Shown in pieces: positions 46,918-56,448 of a stretch of DNA of 64,000 nt. Location: NCBI GenBank assembly GCA_963847445.1, contig CAWJZV010000034.1, positions 320,001-384,000 of the forward strand, read 5' to 3'. This DNA is from an uncultured delta proteobacterium. Lineage in GTDB: Bacteria; Desulfobacterota; Binatia; UBA9968. The position numbers were made by a program, and so were the translations under genes. How positions within the stretch are numbered: the stretch's first letter is position 1; each line of letters starts with the position of its first letter. The notes under the pieces were generated by a model. It saw nothing but the letters and a program-made list of their open reading frames with translations. It ran no database searches and was not told the DNA's origin.

Positions 46918-47604
46918 ATGGCGGAGAACCGTAGAGGCAAAGACAGCCGTTACTATCTTAGCCGCGGCCAGATGATCATCCTGGGCGGTACATTTACCTT
47001 GGCATCCATCGTCGTATTTCTCATCGGCATGATGGTCGGCAAAGAACTCGAAGAGCGAAAGATTCTCAAAAAGGACGAGCCTCTGGTAAGGATACCGGTT
47101 AAGCCGGCCGGGGCAGCCGCTGGCACGGCAGCGAAGAACGATGAAATTACTTTCTATGATACCCTAGCCAAGTCCCGCAATGCCCAGGCGCAGGCCGAGC
47201 AGCCCGTCAAGGACGCGAAGTCGTCGGAGAAAATCGACCGCGCCGAAGTGACGGAGACCAAGGCTGTCGCTAAACCGGACACGCAGTTGGCTAAATCGAC
47301 GGAAAGTAAAGCTGACAAACTCGAACCGGCGACTGACGGCGCCAAGAGCGAGAGCATCGATACTGAGGGTAAAGTGTGGCGCGCGCAAGTCGACGCATTT
47401 CCCGACGAGCGGTCGGCCAAACTGTTGGTTGATCGACTAAAAAATAAAGGCTACAACGCCTATGTCAACGAGGTCGAGTTCCGCGGCAAACCCTGGTTTC
47501 GGGTCAGCGTCGGCAAGTACGGCTCGCGTGGGGAAGCCGACAAAATCGTCGGCGCGCTCAAGGACAAAGAAAACTATGCGAAAGCGTTCGCGGCATCCAG
47601 GTAA
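46918..47604 (+). CDS. SPOR-domain membrane protein (FtsN/DedD-like)
   Basis: N-terminal TM helix, TFYDTL motif, low-complexity linker, C-terminal SPOR domain (QVDAF..A..LV.RLK..GY..WFRV.VG); typical argS-SPOR synteny. Confidence 0.82.
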   Translation: MAENRRGKDSRYYLSRGQMIILGGTFTLASIVVFLIGMMVGKELEERKILKKDEPLVRIPVKPAGAAAGTAAKNDEITFYDTLAKSRNAQAQAEQPVKDAKSSEKIDRAEVTETKAVAKPDTQLAKSTESKADKLEPATDGAKSESIDTEGKVWRAQVDAFPDERSAKLLVDRLKNKGYNAYVNEVEFRGKPWFRVSVGKYGSRGEADKIVGALKDKENYAKAFAASR

Positions 47605-47622
47605 GCCGGGTGACGATAGGCC

Positions 47623-48639
47623 ATGAACATACGCGAAGCCATCGATAAATTAGTCAACCGCATCGACTTGACGGAGATACAAACCGTCGATGTCATGAAC
47701 CAGATCATGACCGGCGAAGCGACGCCGCTACAGGTGGCGTCCTTTCTGACCGCCCTGCGCATGAAAGGCGAAACCGTCGACGAGATCACCGGCGCGGCCA
47801 GGGTGATGCGCGAGAAAGCGCACCGGGTCAACGTCGGTGCTAAGACGGTGCTCGATACCTGCGGCACCGGCGGCGATCAAAAGGGGACTTTCAATATTTC
47901 GACGACCGCAGCTTTCGTGGTCGCCGGCGCCGGCGTCACTGTCGCCAAGCATGGCAATCGTTCGGTGTCGAGCCAGTCGGGCAGCGCCGATGTCTTGGGG
48001 ACGTTGGGAGTCAAGGTCGATGCGCCGAGAGAGCGGGTCGAGCAGTGCATCGCCCAGATCGGTATCGGTTTCCTGTTTGCGCCACTGCTCCATGAAGCGA
48101 TGAAGTACGCCGTGCAGCCGCGCCGCGACATCGGCATTCGCACCATCTTTAATTTACTCGGGCCGCTGACCAACCCGGCCATGGCGACCCACCAGCTGAT
48201 CGGCATCTACAGCGGCGAGTTGGTTGGCCTGGTCGCCAACGTGCTGAAAAATCTCGGCAGCGCACGGGCGATGGTCGTACATGGTCTCGAAGGCTTGGAT
48301 GAAATTTCTTTGTGCGGGCCGACCAAAATCGCCGAGCTGCGCGATGGGGCGGTGAAAGAGTTCCAAATCGAGCCCGAGCAGTTCGGTCTCAAACGTTGCC
48401 TGCTCGCCGACCTTCATGGCGGCACCGCTGAGGAGAGCGCGGTGATCGTTCACGCCGTGCTCGACGGCAATCCCGGCGCGCCGCGCGATGTCGTGCTCTT
48501 CAACAGCGGGGCGGCGCTTTACGTCAGCGGCAGCGCCGCGACTCTGGCGGATGGTATCAAACTCGCTGCGGAATCTATCGATAGCGGTAAGGCAGGCCAA
48601 AAGCTCCAACAACTGGTCGAGTTGACCAACGCCGCATAG
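47623..48639 (+). CDS. trpD: Anthranilate phosphoribosyltransferase
   Basis: DTCGTGGD, NIST, KHGNRSVSS.SGSAD, GLDEIS. Confidence 0.97.
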   Translation: MNIREAIDKLVNRIDLTEIQTVDVMNQIMTGEATPLQVASFLTALRMKGETVDEITGAARVMREKAHRVNVGAKTVLDTCGTGGDQKGTFNISTTAAFVVAGAGVTVAKHGNRSVSSQSGSADVLGTLGVKVDAPRERVEQCIAQIGIGFLFAPLLHEAMKYAVQPRRDIGIRTIFNLLGPLTNPAMATHQLIGIYSGELVGLVANVLKNLGSARAMVVHGLEGLDEISLCGPTKIAELRDGAVKEFQIEPEQFGLKRCLLADLHGGTAEESAVIVHAVLDGNPGAPRDVVLFNSGAALYVSGSAATLADGIKLAAESIDSGKAGQKLQQLVELTNAA

Positions 48640-48646
48640 TTAAGTC

Positions 48647-49423
48647 ATGGCTGAAATTCTGGCCACCATCGCCGCCCATGTGCGTGAAGTCGTTGCAATG
48701 CGCCAGCGCGCACTGCCATTGGCGGCGCTGCGCGATCGATCGCTTTACCATGCGCCGACGCGCGGCTTCGCCAAGGCGCTCAACGGTAACCAGCGGCGCA
48801 TTGTTGCCGAGGTCAAGAAAGCCTCACCGTCCAAGGGCCTAATTCGCGCCAATTTCGATGCGGTTGCGATTGCCAAGGATTATGCGAGCCATGGCGCCAG
48901 TGCGATTTCGGTGTTGACCGAGGAGCGCTTTTTTCAGGGCGACCTGGCTTATCTCGAACAGATTCACGCCAGCGTGGCGGTGCCGCTGTTGCGCAAGGAT
49001 TTCATGCTCGATCCCTATCAAATCGTCGAAGCGAAGAGCTTCGGCGCCGATGCGGTGCTGTTCATCGCGGCCATGCTTGACGGCCATTTCATGGCCGAGC
49101 TGCGTCAACAAGCCAGCGCATTGCAGATGGATTCTCTGGTGGAAGTGCATAGTGAAAACGAGCTGGAAGCGGCCTTAAACGCCGGCGCGCAGTTGATCGG
49201 CATCAACAATCGCGATCTCAAGACTTTCGCCGTAAGCTTGGCGACGACAGAAAAATTGGCGCCGCTAGTGCCGGCGGGAACGCCGGTGGTATGCGAAAGC
49301 GGCATTGACAGCATCGAGCAGATCCGCCGGGTCGAAAAACTCGGCATCCACGCGTTCCTGATCGGCGAGTCGCTGATGCGCGCGCCCGCGCCGGGGGAAA
49401 AATTGAGGGAACTCTTAACATGA
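48647..49423 (+). CDS. trpC: Indole-3-glycerol phosphate synthase
   Basis: AEVKKASPSKG, ISVLTE..FQG, LRKDF, GINNRDL, ESGI. Confidence 0.97.
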   Translation: MAEILATIAAHVREVVAMRQRALPLAALRDRSLYHAPTRGFAKALNGNQRRIVAEVKKASPSKGLIRANFDAVAIAKDYASHGASAISVLTEERFFQGDLAYLEQIHASVAVPLLRKDFMLDPYQIVEAKSFGADAVLFIAAMLDGHFMAELRQQASALQMDSLVEVHSENELEAALNAGAQLIGINNRDLKTFAVSLATTEKLAPLVPAGTPVVCESGIDSIEQIRRVEKLGIHAFLIGESLMRAPAPGEKLRELLT

Positions 49424-49465
49424 CTCGTGTTATGCCTAAGCACGATTCTCGAGCATGAGCACGAC

Positions 49466-50092
49466 ATGGTCACGATCAAAGTTTGCGGCATTACCAATCT
49501 CGCCGACGCCGAGAAGTCGCTGGAGTTTGGCGCGGATATTCTAGGCTTTAATTTTTATCCGCCGAGCCCGCGCTGCATCGCGCCGGCAAAGGCCCGGGAA
49601 ATCATCGCGTGCTTGCCGCGCGATTCGTTCAATGTGGCGCTGTTTGTCAACGAGCCGAAAGCGCGGGTCAACGCAGTGTTGGCCGCAGGACGATTGCCGG
49701 ATGGACGGCAAGCGTATCGTGGCTTGCAATTTCACGGCGAGGAGGATGGCGCTTACTGTCAAGACTGGGTGTTCAAAGTGATCAAAGCCTTTCGCATCAA
49801 AGAGCAAGCTTCGCTCGTCGCCTTGAAAGGATTCCCGGCGGATTACTATTTGCTCGATTCCTTTTCCGCGGGGTTCGGCGGTTCGGGTCAGATGTTCCCA
49901 TGGGAATGGTTGGGTGGCATCGACAGCAGTAAGATTATTCTTTCGGGCGGGCTGCGAGCCGACAATGTCGCCCTGGCGATCGCCAAGATTCACCCGTTTG
50001 GAGTCGATGTGTGCAGTGGCGTGGAGGCGCGCCCAGGGATTAAAGATCATGGCAAACTCAAAGAATTTATCGTTGCTGCCAAAGGTGCCTGA
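49466..50092 (+). CDS. trpF: Phosphoribosylanthranilate isomerase
   Basis: [36 protein letters not shown]; start ATG 49466. Confidence 0.95.
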   Translation: MVTIKVCGITNLADAEKSLEFGADILGFNFYPPSPRCIAPAKAREIIACLPRDSFNVALFVNEPKARVNAVLAAGRLPDGRQAYRGLQFHGEEDGAYCQDWVFKVIKAFRIKEQASLVALKGFPADYYLLDSFSAGFGGSGQMFPWEWLGGIDSSKIILSGGLRADNVALAIAKIHPFGVDVCSGVEARPGIKDHGKLKEFIVAAKGA

Positions 50093-51269
50093 CCGGCGCG
50101 GCCATTTCGGTCCCTACGGCGGCCGTTACGTCGCTGAAACCCTCATGCCCGCTTTGACCGAGCTCGAGCGCGGTTACGCGCAGGTGCGGCGTGACGCCGG
50201 CTTCAAGCGCGAGCTCGCGTATTATCTCAAAGAATATGTCGGCCGGGAAACGCCGCTCTATTTCGCCGAAAGATTGACCCGCAGCCTGGGCGGCGCGACG
50301 GTCTATCTCAAGCGCGAGGATCTGTGCCACACCGGCGCGCATAAGATCAACAACACCATGGGGCAAATTCTCTTGGCCCGGCACATGGGCAAGCGGCGCA
50401 TTATTGCTGAGACCGGCGCCGGCCAGCATGGCGTGGCCACTGCCACCGTGGCGGCGCGCTTCGGCATGGAGTGCGAGATCTTCATGGGCGCGGAAGATGT
50501 CCAGCGCCAGTCGCTCAACGTCTTTCGTATGAAACTGCTGGGCGCCAAAGTGCGCGTGGTCGAATCCGGCAGTCAAACCCTAAAGGACGCCATGAACGAA
50601 GCGCTGCGCGACTGGGTGACCAACGTGCGCAGCACCTATTATCTCATTGGCTCGGTGGCCGGGCCGCATCCCTATCCGATGATGGTGCGGGATTTCCAAT
50701 CGATCATCGGCCGCGAGGCGCGCCGGCAGATTCTCGGCAAAGAAGGCCGGTTGCCGGATTATCTGGTTGCCTGTGTCGGCGGCGGCAGCAATTCCATGGG
50801 GCTATTTTTCCCCTTTGTCAAAGACCGGGCAGTAAAGATGCTCGGCGTCGAAGCTGCCGGCCTTGGGCTAGGTTCCGGTAAACACTCGGCGACCATCCAA
50901 CGCGGTGCCGTGGGGGTTTTGCACGGCAGCAAGAGTTATCTCTTGCAAGACGACAAGGGCCAGGTGAAGGAAACCCACTCGGTGGCGGCGGGCTTGGATT
51001 ATCCTGGCGTCGGCCCTGAGTTGAGTTATCTGCGCGACCAGGGACGGGTGCAGTTCGATTCGGCGACCGACGACGAGGCGATCGCCTCGATCCGTTTACT
51101 CGCCGAAGTCGAAGGGATCATTCCCGCCCTGGAAAGCGCCCATGCGATCGCGGTGGTGCGCCGTTTGGCGCCGAAACTCAAGAAGCGCCAAATCGTCATC
51201 GTCAATCTGTCCGGCCGCGGCGATAAAGATATGATCACCGTCGGCGACTATCTCGGAGTGAAATTATAA
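50049..51269 (+). CDS. trpB: Tryptophan synthase beta chain
   Basis: [41 protein letters not shown]; start ATG 50049 overlaps the end of trpF. Confidence 0.98.
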   Translation: MANSKNLSLLPKVPDRRGHFGPYGGRYVAETLMPALTELERGYAQVRRDAGFKRELAYYLKEYVGRETPLYFAERLTRSLGGATVYLKREDLCHTGAHKINNTMGQILLARHMGKRRIIAETGAGQHGVATATVAARFGMECEIFMGAEDVQRQSLNVFRMKLLGAKVRVVESGSQTLKDAMNEALRDWVTNVRSTYYLIGSVAGPHPYPMMVRDFQSIIGREARRQILGKEGRLPDYLVACVGGGSNSMGLFFPFVKDRAVKMLGVEAAGLGLGSGKHSATIQRGAVGVLHGSKSYLLQDDKGQVKETHSVAAGLDYPGVGPELSYLRDQGRVQFDSATDDEAIASIRLLAEVEGIIPALESAHAIAVVRRLAPKLKKRQIVIVNLSGRGDKDMITVGDYLGVKL

Positions 51270-51272
51270 GAA

Positions 51273-51344
51273 TCGTTAAACGGTTCAAGCGTTCAGCCGT
51301 TCAACGACCGATCCCATCCGCCGCAACCGTGAACCGTTGAACGA
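51273..51344. repeat. Intergenic inverted repeat with internal GTTCA tandem units
   Basis: TCGTTAAACGGTTCA (51273-51287) vs TGAACCGTTGAACGA (51330-51344), 14/15 complementary; GGTTCAAG-CGTTCAGC-CGTTCAAC 8-nt units. Confidence 0.6.
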
Positions 51345-51361
51345 GTGGTGCGAATTGATTT

Positions 51362-52174
51362 ATGAGCCGTATTGAAAATAAGTTTTTTGCGATGAAGCAA
51401 CGCGGTGAAGCGGCGCTGATTCCATTTATCACCGCCGGTGACCCTGACTTGGCGACCACGCTCAAGATCATGCGTGCCTTGGAAGCGGCTGGCGCGGATG
51501 CCATCGAGTTGGGCATCCCGTTTTCCGATCCGTCGGCGGATGGCCCGACGATTCAGCGTTCGTCGGAGCGGGCATTGAAGCACCCGATCTCCTTGCCGGC
51601 GATATTCCGCTTGGTACGCGAGTTTCGCCGTACTTCCGAACTGCCAATTATTCTCTTTGGTTACTACAATCCGTTTTTCCGTTTCGGCCTCGACAAGTTT
51701 GCCACGCAAGCGGCACAATCCGGCGCCGACGGCGTACTCTGCGTCGACCTGCCGCCGGAGGAGAGCGGCGAGCTTAAAAGCTGCACCGACCGCCGCGATC
51801 TCGACGTCATCTTTCTCTTGTCGCCCACTAGCGGTGAAGACCGCCGGCGCTTGGTGGCACGCCACGGGCGCGGCTTTATCTATTATGTTTCGGTGACCGG
51901 CGTTACCGGTGCGCGGCAAGCTTTCGATAGCGATCTGCGCCGCCAGGTTGCTCAGGTGCGCAAGGCGACGGCATTGCCGGTGGGCGTCGGCTTCGGCATT
52001 TCGACGCCGCGGCAAGCGGCCTGGATCGCCGAGTTCGCTGATGCTGCCGTGGTCGGCAGCGCCCTGGTGCAACGCATCGAGCAAGGCAAAAGCAAAGCGG
52101 ACAAGGTGCAGCAAGCCGGGGCTTTCGTCGCCCAGCTCAAACGGGCGATAAAACTAGCCCGCAAGAAAAATTGA
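51362..52174 (+). CDS. trpA: Tryptophan synthase alpha chain
   Basis: ITAGDP, IELGIPFSDP.ADGPTIQ, YYVSVTGVTG, VGFGIS. Confidence 0.98.
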   Translation: MSRIENKFFAMKQRGEAALIPFITAGDPDLATTLKIMRALEAAGADAIELGIPFSDPSADGPTIQRSSERALKHPISLPAIFRLVREFRRTSELPIILFGYYNPFFRFGLDKFATQAAQSGADGVLCVDLPPEESGELKSCTDRRDLDVIFLLSPTSGEDRRRLVARHGRGFIYYVSVTGVTGARQAFDSDLRRQVAQVRKATALPVGVGFGISTPRQAAWIAEFADAAVVGSALVQRIEQGKSKADKVQQAGAFVAQLKRAIKLARKKN

Positions 52175-52231
52175 CCCAGACTGAACGAAGGCGCGGAATC
52201 TGCCGAGGATTGCCGAGGACCGCTAAGCTCA

Positions 52232-53521
52232 ATGGCTAGCTATGCTGAAACTCTTGAACGGATTTATAATCTGCACGGCGGGGCCATCGATCTGCGCCTC
52301 GATAGAGTTGCCGGCGCGCTAAAACTATTTGACCACCCGGAACGAAAATTCCCTTCGCTTCATATCGCCGGAACCAACGGCAAGGGCTCTACCTCGGCGA
52401 TACTCCAGCGGATTCTATCACTCGCTGGCAACCGTACCGCTTTATATACTTCGCCCCACCTGGTGTCGTTTACCGAGCGCATCAAGATTGACGACCAGGA
52501 AATCGCCGAAGCTGAAGTCGTTGCCATCGCCGAAGAGATCTGGCGGCGGACGGCGGCAGCCGACATCGCGCTGACCTATTTCGAGGTGGTCACGGTGATG
52601 GCGTTTATCTACTTCGACCGCCATTCCACCGATGTGGCGGTTATTGAAGTCGGCTTGGGCGGCCGTTTCGATGCGACCAATGTGATCACGCCGTTAGTCG
52701 CACTGATCACGACGATTTCGAAGGATCATGAAGCGTTTTTGGGCACCGATCTATTGTCCATTGCCAGTGAGAAAGCCGGCATCATCAAGGCGGGTGTGCC
52801 GGTGGTCTGCGGTGCGGTCAATGCGGCGGTGCATGAGCTGTTTCACCAGACTGCCGCGGAACGGGGTGCAAAAGCCTATTTCTTTGGTGAAGATTTCAAT
52901 TTTTCCTTGAAAAATGAAGGGTTTTTCGACTATACAGGATTAAAACAATATTATTACAATTTATCGCTTAGTCTGCGGGGATTGCACCAAAGGCATAATG
53001 CTGCGGTGGCATTGGCGGCATTGGAGATTGTTCAGGATCGCTTCCCGGTAACCGAAGCGGCGGTCCGCGCCGGTTTGGCGACTGTCCAATGGCCGGGACG
53101 ATTGGAAGTCATGTTGGAGCGGCCGACGGTGATCATCGACGGTGCCCACAACGGCGAGGGCGTGCTGGCCCTAGTGCACGAGCTCAAGGTTTATCGCGGG
53201 CGCAAGATCAAGCTCTTGTTCGCCGTTATGTCGGATAAAGATTGGCGGTTTATGCTGGCGCGCTTGATCGAGGTAGTTTCGCAAGTGACCTTCACCAAAG
53301 TTGCCATGGAGCGTAGTGTCGACCCGGTCGAGTTGGCGCAACACTTTGCCGGCCAGGTGGCGAGCCGAAGTCACGCCGATGCGCGCGCGGCGTTACGAGC
53401 GCTCATCGATGAATCCGCTCCCGATGATGTGATCGTGGTCGCCGGTTCGCTTTATCTTCTCGGTGAAATTCGGCCGACGTTGCAAGAAATCGCCGCGGCG
53501 CGGCCCAAGCTGGCAAGCTGA
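52232..53521 (+). CDS. folC: Folylpolyglutamate synthase/dihydrofolate synthase
   Basis: HIAGTNGKGS, YTSPHL, EVGLGGRFDATN, WPGRLE, DGAHN, GSLYL. Confidence 0.96.
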   Translation: MASYAETLERIYNLHGGAIDLRLDRVAGALKLFDHPERKFPSLHIAGTNGKGSTSAILQRILSLAGNRTALYTSPHLVSFTERIKIDDQEIAEAEVVAIAEEIWRRTAAADIALTYFEVVTVMAFIYFDRHSTDVAVIEVGLGGRFDATNVITPLVALITTISKDHEAFLGTDLLSIASEKAGIIKAGVPVVCGAVNAAVHELFHQTAAERGAKAYFFGEDFNFSLKNEGFFDYTGLKQYYYNLSLSLRGLHQRHNAAVALAALEIVQDRFPVTEAAVRAGLATVQWPGRLEVMLERPTVIIDGAHNGEGVLALVHELKVYRGRKIKLLFAVMSDKDWRFMLARLIEVVSQVTFTKVAMERSVDPVELAQHFAGQVASRSHADARAALRALIDESAPDDVIVVAGSLYLLGEIRPTLQEIAAARPKLAS

Positions 53522-53546
53522 TGCGCGGTAGCAGGCAAGAAAGACC

Positions 53547-55912
53547 ATGACCTTACGACCGATCTCGTTACCGTTTGCAGCGCTCCTGGCGCTGCTATCG
53601 CTGCTCGCCAATGGCTGGGCGGCGCAGGCGCCGCAATCGGCGGCGAATAATCCCGCGGCGCCGATCAATTTGCAGGCTGACAAGTTGTCGTCGAGTGACA
53701 GTGGCAACCTGATCGAGGCGACTGGCAACGTCGAGATCAAACGGGAAGAAACCACGCTCAAGGCCAACGAGTTGCGCATGAACCGGTCGACCCAAGAGGT
53801 CGAGGCCAAGGGCCGGGTGACGCTGGACGGTCCGGAATGGAAAATCAAATCAGCTGAAATGCTACGCATGAACATAGAGAAGGAAACCGGTGAGCTCCAC
53901 AACGCCGACCTTTTCCTCGAGCAGGGACATATCAGCGCCTCGGGGCGCCGCTTTGAGAAGTTTGGCGGCCAGAGCTATCACATTGACGATGGTTTTTTTA
54001 CCACTTGTCTATGCGAGTCGGGCACGCCGTCTTGGAAGTTCTCCGCCGAGCAGATGGATCTCACCCTTGACGGCACGGGCACAATCAAAAATGGCTATTT
54101 CTACATCATGGATGTGCCGGTGCTGTACATTCCCTATGGATTTTTTCCACTGAATAGTGAGCGCCAGACGGGTTTCCTATTTCCCAATATTGGCAGCTCG
54201 AATAAAGACGGTTTTCTCTATCTGCAACCATTTTTCTGGGCGATCTCGAAAAACTCTGACGCCACGTTGTCGGTTGACATTGAGACGCGCACGCGGTTTG
54301 GAGTCATCGGCGAATTTCGCACGCAGTTCGATCGCAACTCGGACTTCAAGCTTGAATCTTCCTATTTCAATGAAGGTTGGCGGCAACACCGAACGGTGGT
54401 CGACCCAACCATCGCCGATCCGCATATTCCCAGAGACCGCTGGAACATTTTCGGCTCGCACCGTTATACCACAGCGTCCGATTGGCTAACCTACAGCGAC
54501 AGCGCGGCGTACAGCGATGATTTGTTTACGCGTGAACTGATCGGGCGCTTTGACTTGCCGCTTGGCCAGGAGGGGAATATTCGCCGCAGCCGTTACGGCG
54601 AGTCGCGCATGGGTTTGTTCAAAAACTGGGGTGATACCTTCGTCAAAGGGGAGTTCAATTTTTACCAAGACTTCATTCAGCCCGATAAGACCACGTTTTT
54701 GCGCACGCCGCAGATTGGTTTTTGGGGCCGGCGGCTCTTCCCGGGGTTTCCGTTAGAGCTGCGCTGGTCGGCGGATGGCGTGAACTATATTCGACGCGAG
54801 CCCGGTGACGGTCTTAGATTCGATTTCCGCCCGGAAGCAGTGCTGCCGTTCAAACTCGCTTCGGTTGTAAACGGGTCGTTGAGTGTCGCGCCACGCGAAA
54901 CTCTCTATCATTTGTACAGTCCGCCGGTGAATTCCTCGGCGCACAATGTGTCACGCGAGCTGGTCGAGATTCGCGGTAATCTCAACACTGCGTTGAGCCG
55001 TGTCTTTGCGGTGGATAGCCTGGGTCTAAAGCAGGTCAAGCATGTTTTTGAACCTGAGATCAGTTATTTATTTGTCCCGGGGGTCAATCAGGACAAGATT
55101 CCGATCATGGATAACATCGATCGTGTTAACCGCCGCAACGTATTTACCTTTGCGGTCAATAATCGCCTATGGGGGAAATCCCCCAGTCCTCTCGGGGAGC
55201 AAAACTTTGACAGCAGCACCGAATATCTTAGCCCGACGGCCACTGGCGATGTGCGGGAGATGGCGTCGTTCCGGATGGCGTTGTCCTATGATCTCGACAG
55301 GGAGCGTAATGGCGGCGACAGTCTCTCCGATCTCGACTTTCGGTTGCGCTTTACCCCGGCGACGTTTCTCGAATTTCGTTTAGACGGTGGCGTGAACCCC
55401 GGACCGTGGCAGTTTACCCAGATCCTTGCCAGCGCGGGGATCACAGATCCGCGCCCGATTCTGCGGCGCTCGCTCGACGCCGATTTCAACCGGCCTAATT
55501 CCTTTAGCCTGAGTTATCACTTCTTACGCCACGGGCCGAACAGTTTTCTCGCCGAGGATGCCAATATCGGTGCCAATATCAACTACGATTTTTGCGTCTT
55601 GAATCTCCTCCCGTGCCGACGGCTAAGGATAACCAGCGTTGCGCATTTTTGTCTAGTAAAAATACCGTGGGCAATATCAACAACAGTCTTTTGTACCATG
55701 TCACCAACAATCTGCTGTTCAATTTCAGCAGCACTTACGATGCCCGCGATAACCGGTTCATCGGCTTTCGGGCGATCAGCAAGTTCATGTCGTTTTGCGA
55801 GTGCTGGACGGTTTCTTTCGGCGTCAAGCACGAAGTTAACCCCGAGAAAACCAGCTTCAGTGTCAACTTTAGTCTGCTCGGCTTGGGCAATCCGAAGAGT
55901 GCCGTGAAGTAG
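53547..55912 (+). CDS. lptD: LPS-assembly protein LptD, with a -1 frameshift near 55604
   Basis: Signal peptide, OstA-like N-domain, FTTC, R.TGFLFP, QPFFWAI, HVFEP; C-terminal strands with CECW in ORF 55592..55912. Confidence 0.85.
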
Positions 55913-56007
55913 GCGCCACTGGCCTTTCCCCGTCGTCCCCAATTCTGCATAGCAGAGATTCTACTGAAGGCGCCTTCAGACCTATCGAAATAGGTTTAGA
56001 CAATTTG

Positions 56008-56036
56008 TTGGCCGCTGTGGGTTAATCTGCTATCAT
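56008..56036 (+). promoter_or_regulatory. sigma70-type promoter upstream of the cupin/gsp cluster
   Basis: TTGGCC (56008-56013), 17 nt, TATCAT (56031-56036), with extended TG at 56028-56029. Confidence 0.5.
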
Positions 56037-56044
56037 CACGAACT

Positions 56045-56428
56045 ATGACGGATGATCGACTGACCCACCCGGATAAACTTGTCGACAAACCATGGGGTTA
56101 TGAGCTGATTTGGGCGCACACCGAGCGCTATGTCGGCAAGGTCTTGCACATCAACAAGGGCGAATCGTTGAGTTACCAATACCACAATATCAAAGATGAG
56201 ACGATTCGGCTGCTCTCCGGCGTCCTCGAATTGGATATTGAAAAGGACGGCCGTCAGCACAAGCTGCGCTTGGCGGCGGGTGAGAGTTTACACATCGTTC
56301 CGCTGATGAAGCATCGCATGATCGCCATCGAAGACTGCGATGTCTTGGAGGTCTCGACGCCCGAACTCGACGATGTCGTGCGCTTGGAAGACCGCTATGG
56401 CAGAGCGGACACGACGGCGCGCAAATAG
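56045..56428 (+). CDS. Cupin protein (mannose-6-phosphate isomerase-like cupin)
   Basis: VDKPWGYE, LSYQYH..KDET, HRM, EVSTPELDDVVRLEDRYGR. Confidence 0.85.
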   Translation: MTDDRLTHPDKLVDKPWGYELIWAHTERYVGKVLHINKGESLSYQYHNIKDETIRLLSGVLELDIEKDGRQHKLRLAAGESLHIVPLMKHRMIAIEDCDVLEVSTPELDDVVRLEDRYGRADTTARK

Positions 56429-56448
56429 CGCAAAAATTGGGAACCAGC

